Positions 47,076 to 60,386 of a stretch of DNA of 64,000 nucleotides are shown piece by piece. The stretch is from Squalus acanthias (Eukaryota). A program made the position numbers and the translations under genes. The stretch lies in contig JASTWF010000048.1 in the NCBI GenBank assembly GCA_030390025.1, positions 310,001-374,000 of the forward strand, in the 5' to 3' direction. The notes under the pieces were generated by a model. That model was given only the letters and a program-made list of their open reading frames with translations, was not told where the DNA came from and searched no databases. The stretch's first letter is position 1, and each line of letters starts with the position of its first letter.

Positions 47076-49201
47076 AACATAGAAACATAGAAACATAGAA
47101 AATAGGTACAGGAGTAGACCATTCGGTCCTTCGAGCCTGCACCGCCATTCAATGCGTTCATGGCTGAACATGCTACCTCAGTACCCCATTCCTGCTTTCT
47201 CGCCATACCCCTTGATCCCCTTAGTTGTGAGTGTTATATCTAACTCCCTTTTGAATATATTTAGCGAACTGGCCTCAACAACCTTCTGTGGAAGAGAATT
47301 CCATAGATTCACCACTCTCTGGGTGAAGAAGTTCCTCCTCAGCTCAGTCCTAAATGGCTTCCCCTTAATCCTTAGACTGTGACCCCTGGTTCTAGTTTTC
47401 CCTACCATTGGGAACATTCTGCCCGCATCTAATTTGTCTAAACCAGTCAGGATTTTAAATGTCTCTATAAGATCCCCCCTCATTCTTCTGAACTCCAGAG
47501 GATACAAGTTCAGTTGACCCAATCTTTCTTGATATGTCAGTCCGGCCATCCCAGGAATCAATCTAGTGAACCTTCGCTGCACTCCCTCAATAGTAAGAAT
47601 GTCCTTCCTTAAGTTAGGAGACCAAAACTGCGCACAATACTCCAGGTGTGGCCTCACCAAGGCCCTGTACAACTGCAGCATCACCTCCCTACTCCTGTAC
47701 TCAAATCCCCTTGCTATGAAGGCCATCATTCCGTTTGCTTTCTTGACTGCCTGCTGCACTTGCATTCCCACCTTCAGTGACTGATGTACCATGACGCCCA
47801 GGTCTCGTTGCACGTCCCCTTTCCCTAATCTGCCACCATTCAGGTAATAGTCCGCCTCTCTATTTTTACCACCAAAGTGGATAACCTCACATTTATCCAC
47901 ATTGTACTTCATCTGCCATACATTTGCCCATTCACCCAACCTGTCCAAGTCACTCTGTAGCCTCCTAGCATCCTCCTCATTGTTCACACTGCCTCCCAAT
48001 TTAGTGTCATCCGCAAATTTGGAGATATTACATTTAATCCCTTCGTCCAAATCATTAATATATAATGTAAACAGCTGGGGTCCCAGCACCGAACCCTGCG
48101 GTACCCCGCTGGTCACTGCCTGCCATTCTGAAAAGTACCCATTTACTCCTACTCTTTGTTTCCTGTGTGCCAACCAGTTCTCAATCCACCTCAACACATT
48201 ACCCCCAATCCCATGTGCTTTAACTTTGCTCACCAATCTCTTGTGTGGGACCTTTTCGAAGGCCTTCTGAAAGTCCAAATACACCACATCTACTGGTTCC
48301 CCCCTGTCCACCCTATTGGAAACATCCTCAAAAAATTCCAGAAGATTTGTCAAGCATGATTTCCCTTTCACAAATCCATGCTGACTTGGACCTATCATGT
48401 CGCCACTTTCCAAATGGGCTGTTATGACATCTTTAATAATTGCTTCCATCATTTTACCCACGACCGATGTCAGGCTGACCGGTCTATAATTCCCTGCTTT
48501 CTCCCTCCCTCCTTTTTTAAAAAGAGGGGTTACATTGGCCACCCTCCACTCCATCGGAACTGATCCAGAGTCTAAGGAATGTTGGAAAATGATCGTCAAT
48601 GCATCCACTATTTCCAAGGCCACCTCCTTAAGTACTCTGGGATGCAGACCATCAGGCCCCGGGGATTTTTCAGCCTTCAGTCCCATCAATTTCCCCAATA
48701 CCTTTTCCCGACTAATAAGGATTTCCCTCAGCTCCTCCCTCTTACCAGATCCTCTGACCCCTTTTATTTCCGGCAGGTTGTGTGTGTCCTCCACAGTAAA
48801 CACCGAACCAAAGTACTTGTTCAATTGATCTGCCATTTCCTTGTTCCCCATTACGACTTCCCCTGTTTCCGACTGCAGGGGACCTACGTTTGTTTTTACT
48901 AACCTCTTTCTTTTTACATATTTATAGAAGCTTTTGCAGTCCATTTTTATGTTCTCTGCAAGCTTCCTTTCATATTTTATTTTCCCTGCCCTAATCAAAC
49001 CCTTCGTCCTCCTCTGCTGAGTTTTGAAGTTCTCCCAGTCCCCGGGTTTGCTGCTACTTCTGGCCAATTTGTATGCAACTTCTTTGGTTTTAATACTATC
49101 CCTGATTTCCCTTGTTAGCCATGGTTGAGCCACCTTCCCTTTTTTATTTTTATGCCAGACCGGGATGTACAATTGTTGTAGTTCATCCATGCGATCTCTA
49201 A
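47076..49201 (-). mobile_element. Young 5'-truncated CR1 (HER1-like) LINE insertion
   Basis: 3' tail (TTTCTATG)n at about 47076-47100; absent from the paralogous site at about 2266; open ORF2 fragment. Confidence 0.95.
47178..49190 (-). CDS. CR1 ORF2 reverse transcriptase, partial (no endonuclease domain), 670 aa open
   Basis: KSPGPDG, NYRPVSLTS, QHGF, YLDFQKAF, GVPQGSVLGP and KFADD motifs. Confidence 0.9.
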   Translation of the reverse strand: MDELQQLYIPVWHKNKKGKVAQPWLTREIRDSIKTKEVAYKLARSSSKPGDWENFKTQQRRTKGLIRAGKIKYERKLAENIKMDCKSFYKYVKRKRLVKTNVGPLQSETGEVVMGNKEMADQLNKYFGSVFTVEDTHNLPEIKGVRGSGKREELREILISREKVLGKLMGLKAEKSPGPDGLHPRVLKEVALEIVDALTIIFQHSLDSGSVPMEWRVANVTPLFKKGGREKAGNYRPVSLTSVVGKMMEAIIKDVITAHLESGDMIGPSQHGFVKGKSCLTNLLEFFEDVSNRVDRGEPVDVVYLDFQKAFEKVPHKRLVSKVKAHGIGGNVLRWIENWLAHRKQRVGVNGYFSEWQAVTSGVPQGSVLGPQLFTLYINDLDEGIKCNISKFADDTKLGGSVNNEEDARRLQSDLDRLGEWANVWQMKYNVDKCEVIHFGGKNREADYYLNGGRLGKGDVQRDLGVMVHQSLKVGMQVQQAVKKANGMMAFIARGFEYRSREVMLQLYRALVRPHLEYCAQFWSPNLRKDILTIEGVQRRFTRLIPGMAGLTYQERLGQLNLYPLEFRRMRGDLIETFKILTGLDKLDAGRMFPMVGKTRTRGHSLRIKGKPFRTELRRNFFTQRVVNLWNSLPQKVVEASSLNIFKRELDITLTTKGIKGYGEKAGMGY

Positions 49202-50699
49202 ATATCCTTCTATTCCTTTCTCCCTCATGTGTTTATCTCGCTTCCCCTTAAATGCATTTGTGTTATTTCCCTCAACTACGCCTTGTGGTAGCGAGTTCCA
49301 CATTCTCACCACTCTCTGCGTAAAGAGGTTTCTCCTGAATTCCCTATTGGATTTATTAATGTCTTTCTGATACTTATGGCCCCTAGTTTTGGCCTCTCCT
49401 ATCCAATTATTCCCACACCCCTGCTCATTCCCCGCAGACCTGTTTTTTTCCTCTTAAAGTTGATGTCCAATTCCCTTGTCAAAGTTACCAGTGAATCTGT
49501 CCCCAGCACCCTTTTAGTAAGTGCATTCCCGATCATAACATCTTGCGGCATAAAAAATCTGTCTCCTCATCTACCAGTTGGATTTAGAAGTGGAGAAACA
49601 TAGAAAAATAGGAGCAAGGGTCGGCCATTCGGCCCTTCGAGCCTGCTCCGCCATTCAATATGATCATGGCTGATCCTCTATCTCAATACCATATTCCCGC
49701 TCTCTCCCCACACCCCTTACTGCCTTTTGTGTCTAGAAATCTATCTATCTCCTTATTAAATATACACAGCGAATTGGCCTCCACAGACTTCTGTGGGAGA
49801 GAATTCCACAGGTTCATCATCCTCTGAGTGAAGAAATTTCTCCTCATCTCAGTCCTAAATATCCTAGCCCGTATCCTGAGACTGTGACCCCTCGTTCTAG
49901 AACCCCACCCCCCCACCCGCCACCAGCCAGGGGAAACATACTCCCTGCATCCAGTCTGTCTAGCCCTGTCAGAATTGTATACGTTTCAATGAGATCCCCT
50001 CTCATTCATCTAAACTCTAGTGAATACAGTCCTAGTCTCTCCTCATATGATAGACCTGCCATCCCAGTAATCAGTTTGGTGAACCTTCGCTGCACTCCCT
50101 CTATGGCAAGTATATCCTTTCGTAGGTAAGGAGACCAAAACTGCACACGATACTCCAGGTGTGGTCTCACCAAGGCCCTGTCTAACTGTAGTCAAATCCT
50201 CTTGTCAAACACGATTTGCCTTTCATAAATCCATGTTGACTTTGTCTAATCCCGTTGATATTTTCCAAGTGTCCTGTTATCACATCCTTTATAATAGACT
50301 CTAGCATTTTCCCTACTACTGATGTTATGCTGACCGGTCTGTAGTTCCCTGTTTTCTCTCTCCCTCCTTTTGTACGTATTGGGGTTACATTTGCCACCCT
50401 CCAATCTGCAGGAACTGTTCCATAATTTCTCCTTGTCTACTCCATCAAAACCCCTCTGATATTTGAACACCTCTATTAACTCTCACCTTATCGTCTGCGT
50501 TGTATCATTCTATGAAATTGAAAAACTTCCTCAGTTTCAAGCTTCTCATCGTGTAGAAATACTCTGATATATCTTTCTTCGGTCCCAAGTGGATGACGTC
50601 ACACTTGCCCACAATGAATCCATCTGTCACTGTTTTGCTCACTCATTTAATCTCTCTCTGTCCCCTTTGAAACAGACTGTTCCGGTCTGCTCTGCTCAC

Positions 50700-51405
50700 T
50701 GCCAATCAGAGAGAGATGGGTGGGACTGTCAACCGAGGAGAGAGAGTCAGGGCTGCGAATCAGAGTGCGCGTTGCAGGGCTGTCAATCAGAGACGGGAGC
50801 GGCGGGGCTTTCAATCAGAGAGGGCGTGACGGAGCTGTCAATCATAGAGGGCGCGGCAGGAATGTCAATTAGAGATTGAGGGGTGGAGCTGTCAATCACA
50901 GAGGGGAGATGCGGTGCTTTCAATCAGAAGGGGGAGGGGGGAGCTGTCAATCAGAGAGGGCGCGACAGGGTTATCAATCAGAGAGTGAGTGATGGAGCTG
51001 TCAATCAGAGGGACTGACCAGTTCTCAGAGAGGGGAGGGGTGGTGATGTCAATCAGAGAGGGGACGGGCGGTGCTGTCAATCAGAGAGGGGAGTGGTGGA
51101 GCTGTGAATGATTACATAGGATTACATAGGATACATGGCACAGAAACAGGCCATTTGTCCCAACCAGTCCATGTCGGCGTTTATGCTCCACACGAGCCTC
51201 CTCCCGTCTTTCCTCATCTAAATATATCAGCTTTACCCTCTATTTCCTTTTCCCTCATATGGTTGTCTTGCTTCCTCTTAAATGCATCCATGCGATTCGC
51301 TTCAACCACTCCCTGTGGAATCAGAGAGGGTAGGGGCGCTGCTGTCACTCTGTCAATCAGGGAGGGCGCGGCAAGTCTGTCAATCAGAGAGTGAGGGGCG
51401 GGGCA
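50700..51405 (+). repeat. ~27-bp CTGTCAATCA minisatellite, paralog of 3790-4460
   Basis: Direct inspection. Confidence 0.85.
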
Positions 51406-51552
51406 TTGTATATCCAGTGTTTTCTGATGAATGACAGAGATCGTGCGTTTTCCACGTGCCAGTCTGGCCTTGCAAACAACAGCCTCATAGCTCCTGTCGC
51501 TGTGAAGCTTATTGGCCGTTGGTTCCCGCTCTCAGACCCTCTTTCCCGGATG

Positions 51553-52913
51553 ATGCGGACTTGCCTCCTGTCCTGCACGTTGCCGCTGTTCCTATTGGCG
51601 GGTAATTAAAGCGTGAGGCCGGTGTCTTATAGGAGGCCTTTGAGTCTGGTGCAGGAATGTATTAAATCCTACAAAACAATTGTTTAATAATTAGAGAAAG
51701 AAAGAAAGAAGGAAAAGGAGAAAGAAAGAAGGAAAGAAATAAGAGAGAAAGTAAGAAAGAAAGATAGAAAGAAAGAAAGTTAATGAGAGAACAGCGTTGA
51801 GAAATAAATAGACTGTATCTGTTAAGTGACAAATAAAGAAGACAAATTGTGTTAAATACAGTCGGGATGGACATATAGAGAACAGGGTTATTCCTGTATT
51901 GTTTAAATCAGTGTGTGATTTTTCCACGTCAATCCCTGACAATTGCCCCTTTTACAAAGAGAGCTCCGCTAAAAGAACGGGCTCCCAAATAACTACAAGC
52001 GCCTGGGGGTTTAGAATATAATTCTGGTTTTACCAAATCGACTAAAAGCAGCATGTCCCGCGATAGAGCAGATCGAATGTTTATGTTAAGGAACATAGGA
52101 ACAGGAGGACGCCATTCAGGCCCTCGAGCCACTCAATTAGATCACGGCTGATCTGTATCTTAACTCCATCTCCCCTCCTTGATCGCGTCACCTTTCATAC
52201 CATCAGCGAAAAAAGATGTTTCAATCTCAGTTTTGACATTTTCAATTGACCCCCATCCTCAACAGCTTTGTAGGGGAGAGAGTTCCAGACTTCCACTACC
52301 CATTTTGTGAATAATTGCTTCATGACATCACCACTGAAAGGCTTCCCTCCTTTTATAAGGTTGTGCTCCCCTTGTCCTGGACCCTCCGCTAGTGAAGGAA
52401 ATAGTTTCTCTCTATCCGAATTATCCACTCCTTTAATCGGTTCAATTAGATTTCAGTGAAAAATACAGGAAATATATCGATTTAAATCAATGGTAAGCGA
52501 GGGAGGGTCATTGGAATAGTAGTCACGGAACAGCTAATAATTAAACAGGTCAGTGTGTCTTATTTCTTGGGAAATAACTGTCTCTCTTTGCTATTCATTC
52601 CTGTTTTGTTTCGTGGTGTTGGCGAGTCTCTGAAGATGGTGCGGTCCCGACGTTTGTGTCGGTGAGAGAGGGCGAGTCTGTGACTATCCCGTGCACCCAG
52701 CGCGGGACTGATCCTTAGATGTACTGGTAGCGTCTGCCCCGGGCCTGGGACTCCAGCACATCCTGCAGGCGGAGCATGAAGCTGACCCGAGCAGGTCGGA
52801 CGGGTTCACGGAGCGATTTTGGGCCAAGAAAACTGCAGATAACTCCTTCGATCCGAAGATATCGATGGTGCGGCCGAACGACACGGCGCGGTATTTCTGC
52901 GCCTGCAGTGATG
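51553..52913 (+). pseudogene. TRBV: TCR V pseudogene V13, family A
   Basis: Leader 51553-51601; acceptor AG changed to TG; exon 52616-52913 with the same FR1 frameshift as V2 plus TAG stops; RSS CTCAGAG-23-ACAAAAACC at 52914-52952. Confidence 0.9.
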
Positions 52914-53598
52914 CTCAGAGACACACTCAGACTGAACCGTGCGACAAAAACCCGCCCGTCTCTGATACCAACCCCCAACTTGTTCTAATCATATATAGAT
53001 AGATAGAATGATAGAGTAACTGAGAAGCGATTGTTCACACGTTGTTTCACACCAGATACCTTCATGGAGAGATTATTACAATCAGGCAGCTTATCGGGAG
53101 TCCAGAATCGGCTCATTGGAAATCCAGATGTGGTTATTTGGGAATCTGCAGCTGTTTAAAACGATGACGGGTTTACACAGACTACATAAAGGTGAACTGT
53201 TTCCAATGGCTGTAGGGCCGATAAACAGAGGGCACAGTTGTAAAGTGATTTGCAAAAGAACCAGAGGCGACTTGATCCAAAAACCATTTTACGCAGAGGG
53301 TGGTTATGATTTGGAATGCACAGCGTGATAGGGTGGTGGACACAGATTCAATAGTAGCCTTCAAAAGTGAATTAGATGCATACTTGAAGGAGGAAAAACT
53401 GCTGTGATATGGGGAAAGAGCGGGGGAGTGGATTCTGATTGGTTCGCTCGAGGAATGGGCGTATCCAACACTGCATCACTTCCTTACGCTCTTCCTTTTC
53501 CCCTCAATGGTTTGAAAAGAGCGGATTGGCTCCTCAGCAGACACAACTCTCTTGTTCTCGCTCCTTTCAGTTATTTAGAGAAAAGCTTCAAGTAAAAG

Positions 53599-54218
53599 AT
53601 GTATCTGTTACTGGGTCTGATTATCTTGTTTCACCGTAAGGGACTTTTTCAAACATTAATTGTTGTTAATAACCTACATTTACGCTTTTCTTTTTNNNNN
53701 NNNNNNNNNNNNNNNNNNNNNNNNNNNNNNNNNNNNNNNNNNNNNNNNNNNNNNNNNNNNNNNNNNNNNNNNNNNNNNNNNNNNNNNNNNNNNNNNNNNN
53801 NNNNNNNNNNNNNNNNNNNNNNNNNNNNNNNNNNNNNNNNNNNNNNNNNNNNNCTTTCTTTTCTCAAAATTGCCCGATTATCTGAATTTACTGACCTCCT
53901 CCTCTCCCTGTCTCTTTCCCAGATGTGTACTCTCAGAGTATCCGCCAGACTCCCGCCGCTGTCTCCAGATTTCCGTGGGATGGGATGGAACTGAAGTGCA
54001 CTCTCGAAAGCACCAGTACTCAGTATATGTACTGGTACTGACAGTACTCGGGGAAGGAGCCGCAGTTCATTTTTTACTCTGCTGGTACCAATCACGTGAA
54101 CCCAGAGGGGGCGGTGGACGGTTTTACCGTCGAGCGATCGAATGACTATGAGTTCAATCTGAAGTCCTCCAGCCTGCAGGCGAATCACTCGGCCGTGTAT
54201 TACTGCGCCTGGAGTCTT
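53599..54218 (+). pseudogene. TRBV: TCR V pseudogene V14, family B
   Basis: Leader 53599-53635 intact; exon 53923-54218 with WY-TGA at 54039-54041; RSS CACAGTG-23-ACAAGAAAC at 54219-54257. Confidence 0.9.
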
Positions 54219-55604
54219 CACAGTGACTCAGAGAGATGGAGGAGCTCAACAAGAAACCCAAAGGCGGCAGGAAACACCTGTGGATGATAAAACTGCGCTG
54301 TTGGGTTTATCTTGCAGAGCGAATGTGCGTCGTGTTGGATTTGTTTTACAGAGCGCACGTGTATTGGAAAACAAGAAGACCCGGGCCAGAATAAAAGTGA
54401 AAGTTTCGATTGAGGCACTGGAGAAGGTACAAAGAAAGATTAACAAAGATGATACCAGAATTCAGAGTTTCTAGATTTCAGGAAAGGTTGAACAGACGAG
54501 GACTGTTTTGTCTAGGAAAAAGAAGGCTGAGATGTGACCTAATAGTGGTCTTAAAAGATCAACAATGTGGTTTGTAGGGGAGGGGTAGAGAGGAAAGATA
54601 GAAAAAAGTTAGACAGAAAGCAGGAAAGGAAGGAAGGGTGCAAGTAATAAAGGAAGAGTGAAAGAAAGAAAAGCAGAACAAAAGAACGAAAGGACGAAAG
54701 GAAGGAAGCAGAAAAGCGAAAAAGAGAAGGATAGAACGAAAGAGAGAGAAAAGAATGAAAGATAGAAACGCAGAATGATAGAAAGAAAAATAAAACGAAA
54801 TAAAGAAGAAGGAATGTCAGTAAAATACTATTTTTTATACAGTGACATTGTGTTTTCTTTTTCCACAGGGACAGTAGAGGGCGCTCTAGGACCAGGAAAT
54901 AAACCCGTGCCCGAACGTCGTTCAATCGGAACACAGGAACAGAAGTAGGCTATTCAGCGCACCGAGCCTCTTACACAGGAACGGGAGAAGGCCGTTCAGC
55001 CTCTCGAGCTTGTTACATAGGAACTCGAGAGGCAATTCATCCATTTAATCAGATCATTGCTGATTTGTACCTCGAATTCATTAACCCCCCTTTGCTGCAT
55101 ATCCCTTTATATCCTAACCCAACATAGATCTATCTAACTGTATAATCCAATAAAAAAATTCTCCAAAGTAACTCTTCAGTTGAAGAAGTGAAGTTTGCTA
55201 AAACGATGCTCGGGAAATTATTTCCTCTTCCATTTAGCTCTGTATTCGTGGCCATTCACGTTCCAGCTCAGCGAGTGTTATCACTGATGTTGGACGGGTT
55301 CACTGCAGTCTGAATACAGTGGGGCCGTTTGCAAGTTCCCCAGTCAAGGGCGAGTCTTTGAATCCTCCTGATTGTCATAGGCCCAACCATGCAATAGAAC
55401 AGATGAACAGCCCGATGTGACCCTGATATTGTTGCACCGACTGCCTCCCGTTATCAAAAGGGCTTACTTTAGACCAGTGTTGTCCATGTGTTAGCCACTA
55501 GTCACATGTGGCAAATTGGGAATCAAGGTATGGCTAATTGGGATTCTACTTGTGGCTTATCGGGAATCTAGACGTGGATAATTCCATCTCCTTCTCTTAC
55601 ACAG

Positions 55605-55900
55605 ATGTGAACTCGCAGAGTTTCCGGCATTTTCCCGCCGCTGTCTCCAGATTTTCCGGGGATGGAGTGGTACTGAACTGCACTCTGGAAAGCACCAGTA
55701 CTCAGACTATCTACTGATACAGACAATAACCGGGGAAGGAGCCGCAGTCAATGTTTTACTCCATGGCTACCAATCACGTGAATCCAGAGGGGGCGGTGGA
55801 CGGTTTTACCGCCGAGCGACCGAATGGCAACGAGTTCAACCTGAAGTCCTCCAGCCTGCCGCTGAATCACTCGGCCGTGTATTACTGCGCCTGGAGTCTT
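55605..55900 (+). pseudogene. TRBV: TCR V pseudogene V15, family B; promoter and leader deleted
   Basis: Paralog of V4; TGA and TAA in FR2; perfect RSS at 55901-55939. Confidence 0.9.
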
Positions 55901-57952
55901 CACAGTGACTCAGAGAGATGGAGGAGCCGAACAAAAACCCCTAAACCGGCAGGATTCACCTGTGGATGATGAAACCGCGCGGTGTTGTTGTTTTTATTTT
56001 ACAGAGCAAACGTGTTTTTGACAACAAGAAGAGACGTGTTAGAATAAAAGTGAGAGATTACATATAGAGGCACTGGAGAAGGTGCAAATAAAGCTTAACA
56101 AGAATGATACGACTATTGAGAGGTTGTAAAGGTCTGGAAAGTATAATAAAAATATGTTAGTTTTTCGGCACTTACACTGTGTTTTCTTTCAGCATAGGGA
56201 CAGCAGAGTGCGGTCCATGACCATAAAACACATCTGATGATAGAACATAGTTAAATAGGAACACAGAAGCAGGAGAGCGACTAAAAGCTCGAGTCTGTTG
56301 TACGGGAACAGGAGGAGACCATTCAGCACTCCTCGAGTCTGTTGCACAGGAACAGGAGGAGACCATTCATCCCTCCTCGAGTCTGTTATCCAGGAGCAGG
56401 AGGAGGTCATTCACCGCTCGACCCTGTTACGTAGGAACATAGGAACAGGAGTAGGCCATTTAGCCCCTTGAGCCTGTTCCGCTATTCATAGAGTTCATGA
56501 CTGCACTGTTACCTAACTCCATGTACCCGCCTTTGCCCCATATCTCTTAATACCTTTGGTTAACAGAAATCTATCAAGCTCAGATTTAAAATGAACAATT
56601 TACCTCGAATCAACCGCTCTTTGTGGAAGAGAGTTTAATCTTCTGCCACCCTTTGCATGTAGAAGTGTTTGCTAACTTCACGCCTGAACGGTTTTGCCAT
56701 GTCCCCTTGTCCAAGACTCCCCAACCAGCAGAAGTAGTTTCTCTCTATCTACCCTATCAGTTGCCTGTAATATCTTGAAATCTTCGATCAAATCACCCCT
56801 TAACCTTCTAAAGTCCAGGGAATACAACCCCAGTTTGTGTAATCTCTCATCGTAAATTAACCCTTGATGTCCAGGTATAATTCCGGTAAATACTAAGGTG
56901 TGGTGTCCAGAACTGAACACAGTGCTCCTGGTGTGGTCTAACCAGCGCTTTGTAAAGCTGTATCATAACTTCTACTCCCTTGTATTCTCGTCATCTAGTT
57001 ATAAAGCCCAGAATTGCATTAGCCTTTTTGATGATGATCTGCACCTGTCCATGACATTTTAATGATCTATGTACATGGAGCACTGAGTCTCTTTGGACCT
57101 CCATTGTTTCTACATTATGGCCATTTAGAACGTTCTCTGATCATTCCTGTTCCTGTCCAAAGTGGATGACCTCACACTTACGTACATTGAAATCAATTTG
57201 CCACCGTTTTGCCTTCTCACTTAATCTTTTAATATTTGTTTGTAAGTTAATGCTGTCTCTACTCTGTGTGCCATGCTGCCTTTGTGTCATTGGCAGATTT
57301 GGATATGTGGCTTTCTATCCCATCATCTAAGTCGTTAATAATTACGGTAAATAGTTGAGTCCCCGACACAAATCCCTGTGGGAAAGCTCTAGTCACAAGA
57401 TACCAATTAGAATACCTGCCCATTATCGCAACTCTCTGTCTCCTGACGCTCAGCCAATTCCATAATCAGGTCAATAATTTGCATTCAATTTCCTGTCCTT
57501 CAACTTCAGCCAACAATCTCTTATGATGAACAGGAAGGGGCCATTTAGCCCCACGAGCCTATTACACATGTCTATCTCCCCTTTGCAACTTTCTGATCCC
57601 ATCAACTCAACTTACTGGCAATCAGAGAGTGAGGAGCGGAGCATTGTATATGCAGTGTTTTCTTCTAAATGATGATGAAAGTTGCGCTTTACACCCGCCA
57701 GTTCCGGGCCTTGCACACAACAGTCTCAGAGATCGGATCTCTGACCATGTACATTGATTCTAATTGGTTGGACTGGGGAAGGAGGCGTGTCCATCCCTGC
57801 ATCACTTCCTTATGCTCTTCATGTTTTCCTCAGGAGCCGGCAAGGTGTTGACGTCAGAGACGCAAGACCCGCCTCCAACAAGTAACCAATCGGTGCAATT
57901 ATCTGAGAAGCGGTTCCCGACTGATTTAGGAGCAGCGAATGAGCGGAGGGGG

Positions 57953-58238
57953 ATGGAAGTGTGGGACTGTGGGACCGCGTGTCTCTCACTCCTGCTCCAC
58001 TGTCTGATTCTGGAGATCAGCTCTGGTCAGCGCACGTTTACCTTTCAATGCAGTTTGTTTTAATAGAGAGAGAGAGAGTGAGAGACTGAGCGAGTCAGTG
58101 AGGGAGTGAGGGGGTCACATACAGGCAGAAAGAGATAAATAAAGGATGAGGGAACGAGTCGGTGAGAGAGAGACAGACACACAGAGTGAGAGACATAGAA
58201 AGTGAGTGAGGGATTGTGAGAGAAAGAGTAAGTGATAG

Positions 58239-58273
<35 letters not shown>

Positions 58274-58819
58274 GAGACATAGACATAGAGTGAGCAATTG
58301 AGACAGAGAGAGAGACAGAACGTGTGAGTGAGGGAGTGAGAGAGACAGAGATTGATAGAGAGGGAGAAACAGTTAGATAGATAGATAGATATACATATAG
58401 ATAGATATATAGATAGATAGACCTATAGAGAGATAGCTAGGAAGACAAATAGACAGACAGAGAGATATATAGATATAGAGCGAGTTGCTCAGTGATTCTG
58501 AGTTTCAAATCTCACACTCCACATTTCACAGGCAGCAGAGGCTGGTTTCTAGACCAGGAGCCGGGTTCACTGTCCGTGTCCGGGAGCGAGCTGTTCCAGG
58601 TGAGTTGCGTGCTGAAGGAGCCGAGCTACAGCCACCTGTACTGGTACCGCCAGTATCCCGACTCAGAGCCTGAGGCCCTGATCTAATCCAGCACCAAGGG
58701 GGCAGTTACTCCATACACCAAGGAGCCGTTTACAGCCCAGAGACCCAGCGAGACGCACTTCCTTCTGAAAGCGGCCAACCTGTCACGTTTCTCCGTCTTT
58801 CACTGCGCCTGCAGGAAGG
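57953..58819 (+). pseudogene. TRBV: TCR V pseudogene V16, family D (related to C)
   Basis: Leader 57953-58025; exon 58532-58819 ..VSCVLKEPSYSHLYWYRQYPDSEPEALI*SSTKGAVTPYTKEPFTAQR..VFHCACRK (TAA at 58684); RSS CACAGCG-23-ACAAAAAGA at 58820-58858. Confidence 0.88.
58065..58480. repeat. GA/GATA microsatellite in the V16 intron
   Basis: Direct inspection. Confidence 0.9.
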
Positions 58820-58867
58820 CACAGCGCAGCAAAGAGCGACACGTTCCGCACAAAAAGACTGCACCAG

Positions 58868-59242
58868 AAAGAGAGAGCCAGAGAGGGCCAGACAGAGAGA
58901 GAGAGAGTCAGAGAGCGACAGAGTGAGCCCAGAGGGAGAGGGAGGAAGAGAGAGAGAAGGAGATAGTGAGAGACAGAGAGTGTCAGAGAGAGAGTGTGAG
59001 AGAGAGACGGAGCGAGAGAGACAGAGAGAGACAGAGAGAGAGATGGGGCGAGAGAGACAGAGAGAGAGATAGAGAGACGGAGCGAGATATACACACAAAT
59101 AGACAGAAACACGGAGAGAGTGACTGTGACAGAGAGAGACTGTGAGAGAAAGCGAGAGAAATAGAGAGAGAGATAGTGAGATATAGAGAGACGGACAGAC
59201 AGAGAGAGAGAGAGAAAGAAATACACACACACCACACACACC
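58868..59242. repeat. GA microsatellite downstream of the V16 RSS
   Basis: Direct inspection. Confidence 0.9.
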
Positions 59243-59829
59243 AAGCTCTATATATCCGTGGCCATACACTTTCCAGCTCAGCGAGTGTTATCTCTGATGT
59301 GGAACGGGTTCACTGCAGTCTGAATACAGTGGGGCCGTTTGCAAGTCCCCCAGTCAAGGGCGAGTCTTTGAATCCTCCTGATTGTCATAGTCCCAACAAT
59401 GAGCCCAACCATGCAATAGAACAGATGAGCAGCCCGATGTGACCCGGATATTGTTGTACCGTCTGTCTCTTCTTATCTAAAGGGTTTGCTTTAGACCAGT
59501 CTTGTCCATGTGTTAGTCACTACCCACGTGTGGATAACTAGAAGTCCTGATATGGATAAGACCAATTCTGATAAGTAAATAAACAATGACCGAAAGACAC
59601 CATTGTTGGGAATGTTAACGACATAAGGTCCAGTCAGTCATATATTAATAAGCAGCCACATCGATTCTGATTGGATCGATCGGGAAAGGGGGCGTGTCCA
59701 ACTCTGCATCACTTCCTCACGCACTTCCTGTTTCCTTCAATGATTTGAAAAGAGCGGATTGGCTGCTCACAAAACACAACGCTCCTGTTCTCGCTCCTTT
59801 CATTATTTAGAGTAACGCTTCAAGTAAAG

Positions 59830-60347
59830 ATGTATCTGTTACTGGGTCTGATTATCTTGTTTCACAGTAAGGGACTTTTTCAAACATTAATTCTTGTCAA
59901 TAACCTTTTTATACGTTTTTAATTTCTTTCTTTTTTCTCTTTCTTTCCTGCTTTCTTTCTCTCTTTCTTACTTTCATTCTTTCATTTTTTCATTCTACAT
60001 TGCCCTGTATATCCCCGTTTACTGAATTCCTTCTCTCCCTCTCTTTCCCAGATGTGAACTCCCAGAGTATCCACCAGACTCCCGCCGCTGTCTCCAGATT
60101 TCCCGGGGATGAAGTGGAGCTGAAGTGCAAAGTGGTTGGCGACAGTAACCCTAATATTTACTGGTACAGAAAATACCCGGGGAAGGAGCCGCAGTTCATG
60201 TTTTACTCCATGGGTACCAATCACGTGAATCCAGAGGGGACGGTGTATGGATTCACCGCCGAGCGACCGAATAACTACGAGTTCAAGCTGAAGTCCTCCA
60301 ATCTGCGGGCGAATCACTCGGCCGTGTATTACTGCGCCTGGAGTCTT
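59830..60347 (+). CDS. TRBV: TCR V segment V17, family B (TRBV30-like), intact
   Basis: Leader 59830-59866 MYLLLGLIILFH+A|GTAAG; V exon 60052-60347 ..YYCAWSL. Confidence 0.92.
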
Positions 60348-60386
60348 CACAGTGACTCAGAGAGATGGAGGAGCTCAACAAAAACC
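60348..60386 (+). other. 23-RSS of V17
   Basis: CACAGTG + 23 nt + ACAAAAACC. Confidence 0.97.

Noticed and set aside
55605-55939. Leaderless V suggesting a NAR-TCR supporting V
   Set aside because: Explained by a deletion relative to paralog V4; it has two stops and no upstream V-D-J unit
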